A DNA stretch of 50,548 nucleotides, from IMG/VR virus record IMGVR_UViG_3300048672_000029, positions 1 to 50,548 of that record. One strand, given 5' to 3'. The notes under the pieces were generated by a model, which searched no databases, was not told the origin of the DNA, and was given only the letters and a program-made list of their open reading frames with translations. Within the stretch, counting starts at the first letter, position 1; every line of letters starts with the position of its first letter. Source of the stretch: a virus (lineage: Duplodnaviria; Caudoviricetes). Made by a program: the position numbers and the translations under genes. Positions 9,829 through 17,412 of the stretch are shown here, piece by piece.

Positions 9829-11459
9829 TGCGTTGCTGTCTTTGTATCTTTAAGATGTTGTACGATGCTTCCAATGATACACCAGAGAGGTCGCATATAA
9901 GTTTCGATATTGGAAGCACTATACGTACCTCCTAATCCTGAAGCAATATTACCTACTGCACAAGTTCCATTCCAATCAATATTAGCTACGGAGTTGAAAG
10001 CATTAACGTTAGAGCCTGTCCAGTTTACGAGGTTAGCAGACCATCCTAATGATGCTCCAAAAGCCTTGCTAGCCCCTGCTAAGGTCATCCCTGTAGCTCC
10101 AAAGCTTACGACAGAAACTGTCCCAGGACGTATTTCAATCGTAGGATCAGTGCTTCCTCTGTTAAACGTCTGTATATAACCTTTACCAGAAGCAATACCT
10201 ACGTCAAAACATTGATATACAGTGTCTGATGTAGAATTGTTACTAAAGAAAAGATTAGAGCTAGTTCCTGATCCACTAGGCTTAAACAATAGCGAAGTAG
10301 GGCTATTAGCTGTAGAAGATTGGAACGTAAAGAATGAAAGGAGGGAAGGACCAGTGCTAAAAGGGAATTTAAACCTTTGAGACGTAGTGGTAAATTCCAT
10401 ATCGCCAGCTACGTCTGCTCCAAATTTATTGAGCTTAGCTGTCTGATCTGAAACTACAGTTTCTGGAGGTCCCCAAGTACCTTTAATATTCGAGAAATCA
10501 ATGCTCCAAGTACCTAGATTATCTAAGAATACAGCAGCAAACATAAAGCCAGATTTAGAGAAATCTGCTCCTCCATTATGATCTAGAACATGCCCTGTAT
10601 CATTCTGAAGCTCCCAATATTTAGTTGTAGCTCCACTATACTTCCATAAACGATAACGAATATATTTAGCACTATTGTAATAAAGGACAGATTCTACTGA
10701 CACTTTATACCTAGCACCATCTACCAACAATTTATTACGAGGAGTTGTACTATCTGGAAATAAAAGCCTCTGAGTGCTAATACGTGTAGGGTCCCAAGTC
10801 TCTAGCATCATCACAGGAGTGAAGAGAGCTTGGTCTCCATTAAAACCACTCCAAGTAAGATTGCCCATAATAGCTCCATTACCTGTTACGGTAGTAGCTA
10901 CAGTAGCTGGGTCTTGTCTTAGAACAGTCGCTATATGAGCATTAGGATTATACAAGAAATAGTTATTACTAACAAACTCATATTCTAGCGTAAACTTACC
11001 AACTCCAGTATTAAATCCTGAAGGGTTGGTACTCATAAACTCTTGTCTACCATTAGGCGTAGAAGCATTCATAGTGAAATTGCTATACGTAGTGGTTACA
11101 GGAGTAGAAGCTGCTACTGTAGGAAGTTCTGCTAAAAGTTCAGCAATAGCTGCTTGTACATTAGTAGAGCTAATTGTTCCTACTGGAGTGAAGCTAATCA
11201 GGTTAGCTGTTGTAGCCCCTGATATAGCGTTTGTAACATCCTGTAGCCTAGCTGCTTCACTAGGGGAGAGAGGTTCTCGTAAATTATACAGACGAACACC
11301 ATTAACATCAACGTCTGTACGAAGTTGATTAGGTTCCCCTTCTGGGTTATTACGGTATAGAATTTTATTATTGAGTTCATCTTCTAGCTTGATAAAATTA
11401 TCGTTAATAGCTGCTAAATTAAATCCACTTGTTGGTTTCTGTAAAACCACTTTTGTCAT
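9825..11459 (-). CDS. Tail fibre / receptor-binding protein
   Basis: 544 aa; N-terminal anchor (AINDNFIKLEDELNNKILYRNNP...DVDVNG...AARLQDV) followed by a Ser/Thr/Gly beta-rich body; first gene of the late arm. Confidence 0.75.
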   Translation of the reverse strand: MTKVVLQKPTSGFNLAAINDNFIKLEDELNNKILYRNNPEGEPNQLRTDVDVNGVRLYNLREPLSPSEAARLQDVTNAISGATTANLISFTPVGTISSTNVQAAIAELLAELPTVAASTPVTTTYSNFTMNASTPNGRQEFMSTNPSGFNTGVGKFTLEYEFVSNNYFLYNPNAHIATVLRQDPATVATTVTGNGAIMGNLTWSGFNGDQALFTPVMMLETWDPTRISTQRLLFPDSTTPRNKLLVDGARYKVSVESVLYYNSAKYIRYRLWKYSGATTKYWELQNDTGHVLDHNGGADFSKSGFMFAAVFLDNLGTWSIDFSNIKGTWGPPETVVSDQTAKLNKFGADVAGDMEFTTTSQRFKFPFSTGPSLLSFFTFQSSTANSPTSLLFKPSGSGTSSNLFFSNNSTSDTVYQCFDVGIASGKGYIQTFNRGSTDPTIEIRPGTVSVVSFGATGMTLAGASKAFGASLGWSANLVNWTGSNVNAFNSVANIDWNGTCAVGNIASGLGGTYSASNIETYMRPLWCIIGSIVQHLKDTKTATQ

Positions 11460-11744
11460 ATTTTTTTCCTAAAAATTTTTACACGTTTACGACAAGATAT
11501 TCTACTAGAGAACTCCGTTCCTATGTAACGCTCCTGCGGAGCAGTAATTACCTATATGTGGCAAAGCCACGTTATCGCTTTACAAGCTCATCTATACATT
11601 ATGCTTCTTTACACCTGCTCATAATGGTCAGGAGTTATTCTCAAGAGGCATGTCATAATTTCTTGGAGAAATTTAGAAGGTGCAATGCACCTCTTTCTCC
11701 AAAAGTAAACCCCTGCATACCCCTCAAGCATAAGCTCAAGCTTA

Positions 11745-11763
11745 TATGAGAATCATTATCATT
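11745..11763. promoter_or_regulatory. Fur-box-like inverted repeat
   Basis: TATGAGAATCATTATCATT matches the 9-1-9 Fur box AATGATAATCATTATCATT at 17/19 positions. Confidence 0.5.
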
Positions 11764-11961
11764 TTGATCCAATCATCATATGAATAGACTAGATGGTTAC
11801 AATGCATTCTCCCCATTCTATTCATATACTGTCCAGTCACAATCTAGCCTTATTGTTCACATTATGTACTGTTTATGCGGGTTTCCGGACTATTGTGCCG
11901 TAAGGCACGTAGTAACAATTCAATATACATTATAGTTATATATCCTCATATGCTATACACA

Positions 11962-11978
11962 TTGGCATAACATATGCT
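11962..11978 (+). promoter_or_regulatory. sigma54-type -24/-12 site
   Basis: TTGGCATAACATATGCT: GG-N10-GC. Confidence 0.5.
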
Positions 11979-11998
11979 TACATGACATAAATGGCATT

Positions 11999-12053
11999 AC
12001 ATTATTGTCACATTTACATTATTGTCACATTCTCCCTGACATTATTGTCACAT
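11999..12053 (+). repeat. Three 15-bp direct repeats ACATTATTGTCACAT
   Basis: Exact copies at 11999-12013, 12016-12030 and 12039-12053. Confidence 0.9.
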
Positions 12054-12227
12054 ACGATAGAACATCTCTTATATAAGAAACCTATCAGAATCTCTGGGAG
12101 AATGCCGTTTAAACACGTTTTAAGTCACCTATCAGACGCCTAACGGCATTTATGCTATACACCCTGCCTGATATAGGTTTAATGCCTTATAGAGGCTAAA
12201 ATCTAGGAAAGTGTAACATTTCTATAG

Positions 12228-12244
12228 TTGGCACAGTCGTTGCA
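12228..12244 (+). promoter_or_regulatory. sigma54-type -24/-12 site
   Basis: TTGGCACAGTCGTTGCA, near-consensus to YTGGCACGRNNNTTGCW. Confidence 0.7.
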
Positions 12245-12292
12245 AGTATAGAAACGTCGGGGCAACAAACTTGTTCAGACAGGATAGGTAAG

Positions 12293-12309
12293 TTGGCATG
12301 ATAGCTGCT
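12293..12309 (+). promoter_or_regulatory. sigma54-type -24/-12 site
   Basis: TTGGCATGATAGCTGCT: GG-N10-GC. Confidence 0.6.
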
Positions 12310-12586
12310 TATATATCCGGGTCAGACAGTCATCGTACAGTCTGACAGTGTTCATTAAAAATTAGCTGTGTATGCGTTTATCAGTAGATGTTATGCATCT
12401 ATGGTTTAGCTTTAAGCGCTTTAGGATTGTCGTCCAGACTATGCCATTGATTCCAGATTGTGGAATCCAGGCAGGGTGCTGCTCGTCCGAAAAGTTAATA
12501 AAGAAAATCATAGTATGCCATGCATAACGCAATGGGTAAACAGGCACGATTTAATCGTAAATCGTGATATATCAGTACACAGTGAA

Positions 12587-12599
12587 TTCTTTAACAATT
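12587..12599 (+). promoter_or_regulatory. boxA-like antitermination signal
   Basis: TTCTTTAACAATT versus rrn boxA GCTCTTTAACAATT; preceded by a hairpin at 12545-12566. Confidence 0.45.
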
Positions 12600-12873
12600 C
12601 AATTACATAGAGTATCGCGGAATTAACTATTAAAAAGTAGCTGCGCTATCATGCTTTATTCTCCCTTACGTGTATGACAATCACACTATACGTAACAGAA
12701 TAGAGAATGGTAAACCAGTGATGAATAGCATTAAATGGCCGAATACATCTATAGATTTGCTAACCTATTGTTAATTCGATAGTATGTAAATCCATGCCCA
12801 TGTGACAGATGGGCATTAGTGTACATACTGTACAAACCCGCCTAATTCTGGGCAAACCTTATCGGAGATAATT

Positions 12874-13437
12874 ATGCCTTTCAAAGCAAATGATTTTGTT
12901 GCTTCTTTCGTTGCAACACTGGAAACCCTGACACAATCGGAAAAGATTACAAAAGCAACCCTTCAAACCCTTAGCCGTGATGTGCTTTATGCATTGCACT
13001 GTGATGGTGACACAAAGGGGGATATTGGGTATATCAATCGCACCATTGCCGTGCTTACGCCAGTAAACAAGAAAGCATTCATTCTGTTCTGCAAGGAGTT
13101 CACCGGGTTCATTATGAACAATGAGGGGAATGCTTTCCTTAAGAAATCCAAGAAGCATTACGAAGAAGTGTCACTAAAGGCACTGGCATTCTTGGATGAC
13201 CCAATGAATAACCTTTGGTCATGGGCTGATCGCAACATTGAAATGGAAAAGAAAGAATTCTCTCTTGATGCTGTGACACACACTATCGAAGTGCTGCTTA
13301 AGAAAGCGGCAAAGAACAACATCAGTCAGGCTGATTTCCTGCGTGCTGTAATGAAGGGCGGTATTGATTCCGATTCCATCATTGCGATTATGGATGATCT
13401 GGGTTTTGAAGTGGCTGATGAAAAGGAAGGCGAATAA
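12874..13437 (+). CDS. Early hypothetical protein, 187 aa
   Basis: GGAG SD upstream; first gene of the + arm. Confidence 0.85.
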   Translation: MPFKANDFVASFVATLETLTQSEKITKATLQTLSRDVLYALHCDGDTKGDIGYINRTIAVLTPVNKKAFILFCKEFTGFIMNNEGNAFLKKSKKHYEEVSLKALAFLDDPMNNLWSWADRNIEMEKKEFSLDAVTHTIEVLLKKAAKNNISQADFLRAVMKGGIDSDSIIAIMDDLGFEVADEKEGE

Positions 13438-13542
13438 GAATCAGTTTGTAAAACAATAAACTGTAGAGCATTAGAGATAGTGCTCTATGGTTTAGTGTTT
13501 CCTCAACCCGTATCAATAGATACATATTTTCAGGAGTTTTCC

Positions 13543-13851
13543 ATGTCCGCTACACACAAGATCAACACTGCTATGCGTAACGCTATCATCAATGTCAGGG
13601 TGATGCGAAGCGCAGAGAAAGCAGAGAACACGGAAGCATCGAAGGCTTGTATCAATTACCTTATGAATGCTGAAAAGAAGGGGAGTGGTGTTATCAATCG
13701 TCCTGACTGGAATGCTAATCTGTCATTCAAGACAGCAAAGCTTTTACATGCTCCATTGTTCACCAATGGAAATGACAAGAATGGGAATGCTTTGCCTTGG
13801 AATTTCCATCAGGGCAAGAACAATGCATACGATTGTATGGTAATGGGTTGA
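13543..13851 (+). CDS. Early hypothetical protein (start re-called at ATG 13543)
   Basis: CAGGAG SD before the MSATHK start; in frame with ORF 13480..13851. Confidence 0.75.
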   Translation: MSATHKINTAMRNAIINVRVMRSAEKAENTEASKACINYLMNAEKKGSGVINRPDWNANLSFKTAKLLHAPLFTNGNDKNGNALPWNFHQGKNNAYDCMVMG

Positions 13852-13857
13852 TTAATA

Positions 13858-13945
13858 GCGAGAGTGGCGAAACTAGGTATACGCAAGAGATTTAAAATCT
13901 CTCGATAGTAATATCATACGGGTTCGATTCCCGTCTCTCGCACCA
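13858..13945 (+). tRNA. tRNA-Leu(TAA)
   Basis: Acceptor stem GCGAGAG/CTCTCGC; anticodon arm AGAGA-TTTAAAA-TCTCT; long variable arm; GGTTCGATTCCC; encoded CCA. Confidence 0.95.
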
Positions 13946-13949
13946 ATAT

Positions 13950-14024
13950 ACGCCATTAGCTTAATGGATAAAGCTATGATCTTCTACATCATTGATATAG
14001 GTTCGATTCCTGTATGGCGTACCA
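13950..14024 (+). tRNA. tRNA-Arg(TCT)
   Basis: Acceptor ACGCCAT/ATGGCGT; anticodon arm ATGAT-CTTCTAC-ATCAT; T-loop TTCGATT; CCA. Confidence 0.95.
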
Positions 14025-14028
14025 ATAA

Positions 14029-14104
14029 GCAATCTTAGCTCAGTGGTTAGAGCAGGGTACTCATAATGCCTTGGTCATTGGTTCAAATCCAATAGATTGC
14101 ACCA
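14029..14104 (+). tRNA. tRNA with CAT anticodon (Ile2-like or Met)
   Basis: Acceptor GCAATCT/AGATTGC; loop CTCATAA; D arm, G27-U43 pair and variable loop resemble E. coli ileX; CCA. Confidence 0.9.
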
Positions 14105-14119
14105 ACAATAGGAGAAATT

Positions 14120-14287
14120 ATGTCTTTAGGACAGATAAATCTTATTCGTTATCAAGTAAGGGATGCTACATTGCGAGCTATCCCTTTTTCTTTTTCTGTT
14201 TTATATCGTCCATTAAGGACAGACAAAAGGAGCTATCATGCCTCAACCAACCAAACCGACTGTACGTTACACACCTTCCAGATTTGA
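14120..14287 (+). CDS. Possible small protein, 55 aa
   Basis: AGGAG SD before ATG 14120; overlaps the next ORF. Confidence 0.4.
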   Translation: MSLGQINLIRYQVRDATLRAIPFSFSVLYRPLRTDKRSYHASTNQTDCTLHTFQI

Positions 14288-14441
14288 TTACATTGAGGAA
14301 GGCAAGAGTGCTAACGTAATTCCAATTGACCATACATCAGAGCTTGTATCGAACAAATGTCTTGTTCATACATCTCCAGTAATCAAGAAACATCCTAATG
14401 GAGATTTTGAAACCAGGAATTCTTTCTATCAAAAGTTCTAA
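14238..14441 (+). CDS. Hypothetical protein, 67 aa
   Basis: AAGGAG SD; HTSPV...FETRNSFY segment typical of small phage proteins. Confidence 0.75.
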   Translation: MPQPTKPTVRYTPSRFDYIEEGKSANVIPIDHTSELVSNKCLVHTSPVIKKHPNGDFETRNSFYQKF

Positions 14442-14443
14442 GC

Positions 14444-14562
14444 CTTAAGTATTCTTAAGGTTCACTTCGTTCACTCTTAAGGTATATTAGCATTATTCTC
14501 ACTCGCTTCTTAAGGTTCGCTAATCGCTCACTCTTAAGATAATCTAATATATAATACTTAAG
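14444..14562. repeat. Array of six CTTAAG palindromes in an intergenic gap (candidate origin)
   Basis: CTTAAG starts at 14444, 14454, 14476, 14509, 14533 and 14557. Confidence 0.85.
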
Positions 14563-14572
14563 GTATTCCTTA

Positions 14573-14598
14573 TATCGGTTTTTCAGTCGTTTCTCGAC
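14573..14598 (-). promoter_or_regulatory. Putative phage-sigma promoter GTCGA-N15-CCGATA, leftward
   Basis: GTCGAGAA-N5-TGAA-N3-CCGATAT is shared with the 4363-4388 copy. Confidence 0.6.
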
Positions 14599-14632
14599 TA
14601 AATTCTTTTAAATTGTTACAAAATAGAGTAAA

Positions 14633-15760
14633 ATGATGCGTAAATTTGAAGATGGTGACTTGGTTAAGCTGGTTTCCACTCGTAAAGATAACAATCGTGC
14701 TCATTATATTCCAGCAATGGAGCATTTGTTAGGAAAAACATCAATTGTTGAATATGTAGAACATTGGGGTGGTCCTATTATTAGGATGAAATGCCCGGAA
14801 GATATTGATGATCGTGGCTATATCAATTTTGATGAGCTTTGCTTTAGGCGTATACGTAAAGCTATTAACGTCAAGAAAAAAGATGACGTAAAGGTAGAAG
14901 TTCCTAAGGTAGAGGAAGTAAAACCTATTGCTTTAAAAGAAGGAAACGATCCTACTGGATTACGTGCCTACTTTACCAAATCTATGGGAGATGCTGATCC
15001 AGCAACATGCTCATATGCAATTAAGCTTGCAAATGGAAAGATACGTGAGCAGAAAAGAGATGTATGCCATGCACGTCTTCCTTTACAAACTGGTGATTAT
15101 TTGGGGCATAAGCAAGAGAAAGACCCTATTGCTGTAGTGTTGCATTTAAAAGGACATTACAAGAATGCACAGCCAGACCTTAAAGAAACATACGTTAAGT
15201 ATGTAGATTACATGATTAATCGTAGCCCTTGGGCACCAATTCATTTGGTGAAAGATGCTCATGACGCAATTGCTAATTGCGCCTCTCTAGACGTATCACG
15301 TCCATTGTATGAATTGATGGGTGCTGCTGTATCTCTGCGTGAAGCTAGTGAATTTCCTAGCAATTTCCGTAGCTTTAAGAAAGCTTTAGAGCTTGGCTAT
15401 TCTGAGCATACAGCATATTTGATGACATGCTGCTTTATCACTAGAGAATCAGGTGATTCTTGCAGGACATACATCACCAACGGTCATAAGGTTATGCATA
15501 CTGACAATAAGGTGCCAGCTATCATCAATTTCTTTACGAAAGGTTATAAGCCAGCAAAAGAAGCTTACAACAAAGGTGGTATAGATAATGGTATTAACAA
15601 GTATATGATGACCATATTTGAAGGAAGTTCTTTCAAGAATGCCGTTGATGCTTTGGCTCCTTTAAATGATTGGGCTTTTGGTACAAATGGAGTGGTAGAT
15701 AACAAAGGCTTTATTTCTGTTGCGGATATGTTTGAGAAATTTTTTAAGAAAGCAAAATGA
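14633..15760 (+). CDS. Hypothetical protein, 375 aa, heading the amide-ligase cluster
   Basis: Long ORF translationally coupled (ATGA) to the class I amidotransferase. Confidence 0.85.
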   Translation: MMRKFEDGDLVKLVSTRKDNNRAHYIPAMEHLLGKTSIVEYVEHWGGPIIRMKCPEDIDDRGYINFDELCFRRIRKAINVKKKDDVKVEVPKVEEVKPIALKEGNDPTGLRAYFTKSMGDADPATCSYAIKLANGKIREQKRDVCHARLPLQTGDYLGHKQEKDPIAVVLHLKGHYKNAQPDLKETYVKYVDYMINRSPWAPIHLVKDAHDAIANCASLDVSRPLYELMGAAVSLREASEFPSNFRSFKKALELGYSEHTAYLMTCCFITRESGDSCRTYITNGHKVMHTDNKVPAIINFFTKGYKPAKEAYNKGGIDNGINKYMMTIFEGSSFKNAVDALAPLNDWAFGTNGVVDNKGFISVADMFEKFFKKAK

Positions 15761-16368
15761 AGAAGGTTTATATCGTAAACGGAAGCAAACAGTATTCTGA
15801 TTTGTTCCGTAATGTTGGATGGTTTATTACAGATATGCTCCATGAGGCTGATTTAGTATGCTTCACTGGTGGAGAGGATGTAACCCCTTCCTTCTATGGT
15901 GATGCTCCTCATATGCATACACATAACAATGTCCATCGTGATCGAGATGAACAAATAATCTTTGAAGTGTGTACACATGACAAGGTGCCTATGGTGGGCG
16001 TCTGTAGAGGCGGACAATTTTTAAACGTAATGTCCGGAGGACGAATGTATCAACATGTCAGTGGACATGGTGGAGCACATTCGATTATAGACGCTAGGAC
16101 AGGCGAAACAGTGTTAGCCACATCTACCCATCACCAAATGATGATGCCCTCTCCTGAGGCCGTTCTAGTGGCTTCTAGCACCCTTGGTGGTACTAGAGAA
16201 TGGTACGATCATGAAATCTTTCGTAGAGATGTATCTAAAGAAGATATTGAGGTGGTTTTCTATCCAGAAACAAAGGCTCTCTGCTTTCAGCCTCATCCAG
16301 AATTCAATGGCTATGCATCATTGAAGGAATATTTCCATTCACTTATTAAGGAGTTTTTTCATGTTTAA
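15757..16368 (+). CDS. Class I glutamine amidotransferase / peptidase C26 family
   Basis: FTGGEDV, GVCRGGQ nucleophile elbow, STHHQ, FQPHPE catalytic triad motifs. Confidence 0.9.
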   Translation: MKKVYIVNGSKQYSDLFRNVGWFITDMLHEADLVCFTGGEDVTPSFYGDAPHMHTHNNVHRDRDEQIIFEVCTHDKVPMVGVCRGGQFLNVMSGGRMYQHVSGHGGAHSIIDARTGETVLATSTHHQMMMPSPEAVLVASSTLGGTREWYDHEIFRRDVSKEDIEVVFYPETKALCFQPHPEFNGYASLKEYFHSLIKEFFHV

Positions 16369-16516
16369 TATAAATTACATCTTCGGTTATTACGCTTATA
16401 TGCGTAAGAATCTTGTGTCTAAGCGCCCTTGGGCACATTTCCGTAAGAAGGGGCCTGGTCGTAAGCATCAGCAAGGACAGCCATTGACTAAGGGAGAGCG
16501 TAATGGAAAAGCATGA
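16361..16516 (+). CDS. Small basic protein, 51 aa; not in the ORF track
   Basis: AAGGAG SD; MFNINYIFGYYAYMRKNLVSKRPWAHFRKKGPGRKHQQGQPLTKGERNGKA. Confidence 0.6.
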   Translation: MFNINYIFGYYAYMRKNLVSKRPWAHFRKKGPGRKHQQGQPLTKGERNGKA

Positions 16517-16670
16517 ACAATTATTTGTTCCTAAAGCAGATTACAATAGAGATATTAAATGGAAAAAAGATTCTAAACAAAAATGTTTAGCTCAATCCAT
16601 TGGATATTTCTATATGGACGAAGAAGAAAGAAGTTGGTATTGGTTATTTAAATATGAAAGTGGTGAGTAA
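16503..16670 (+). CDS. Small protein, 55 aa; not in the ORF track
   Basis: GGAG SD; MEKHEQLF...DEEERSWYWLFKYESGE; TAATG coupling to the ATP-grasp gene. Confidence 0.65.
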   Translation: MEKHEQLFVPKADYNRDIKWKKDSKQKCLAQSIGYFYMDEEERSWYWLFKYESGE

Positions 16671-17371
16671 TGCTTAAAGTAGCTATCATCCATTCTGTAG
16701 CAGGGATTTCTAGCAAAATTCTGGCTACAGCATTGAAGAATAATGGTGTAAAGGCTGATGTTTTCCGTTATAGTGACATACTTAGCAGGGATTTTAGACA
16801 ATATGATTATGTTTTTTCGTATGGTTGCTCGGGGCGTACTGACCATAACAATCGGCTCAATTCTGCTAATGCAGTGGCTACTTGCGTGTCTAAACCAGCT
16901 ACTTTTAACAAGCTTATACAAGCTAAGGTTTCGACAGTAGAATATGTCACTGAGAAGCCTATTCCTAAGCATTGGGATTGGGTGGTGATACGAGATAAGA
17001 CTGATGGACGTAAAGCAGAAGGGCTTCATTACCATGAAAATAATGCAAATGTTCCAGATGGTGTTCTCTACTCCGAATACTTTGAACACAAATATGAATA
17101 TCGAATTATGGTGTTCAAGAATGAAGTTGTTGGACGATATTTCAAAGCTGAGGACAATGGCGATTGGTACTTCAATAAGCAGCCCCCTAGAGCTTTTGAA
17201 GATATGGATGAGCATTGCATTCGTGCAGCTAAAGCTATTGGCATTGACTACGTGGGCTTTGATGTAGTAGCTAATAACAAGAAGGATTTCCGTATTCTTG
17301 AGGCTAACTCAGCCCCTCGTATTACGGATGAAGCAGAGAATGCTATTGTTGAATATTTCATTAACCTTTAA
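16670..17371 (+). CDS. ATP-grasp (RimK-like) ligase
   Basis: EYRI, GIDYVGFDV and ILEANSAP ATP-grasp motifs. Confidence 0.88.
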   Translation: MLKVAIIHSVAGISSKILATALKNNGVKADVFRYSDILSRDFRQYDYVFSYGCSGRTDHNNRLNSANAVATCVSKPATFNKLIQAKVSTVEYVTEKPIPKHWDWVVIRDKTDGRKAEGLHYHENNANVPDGVLYSEYFEHKYEYRIMVFKNEVVGRYFKAEDNGDWYFNKQPPRAFEDMDEHCIRAAKAIGIDYVGFDVVANNKKDFRILEANSAPRITDEAENAIVEYFINL

Positions 17372-17412
17372 AGCAACTGATTAACTCAGGCTTGGATTAC
17401 GGAGCTTTTATT

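Noticed and set aside
11593-11932. Two minus-strand TAATGTATA 9-mers (11593-11601, 11924-11932) matching the phiEco32 late-promoter consensus as I recall it
   Set aside because: An AT-rich 9-mer can occur by chance here, and I did not see it before the capsid operon, where the GTCGA/GATA motif sits.
11999-12053. Repeats as a mini-CRISPR array
   Set aside because: Repeats are 15 bp with 2- and 8-bp gaps; there are no spacers or cas genes.
12256-12281. GTCGG-N15-CAGACA as another promoter copy
   Set aside because: Both boxes are degenerate, and the sequence is better explained as a hairpin after the sigma54 site.
11429-12547. ORFs 11429..11749 (+) and 12362..12547 (-) in the control region
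   Set aside because: No SD, opposite to local gene orientation, and overlapping regulatory structures.
14071-14319. 82-aa ORF from the track
   Set aside because: Starts inside the CAT tRNA and has no SD.
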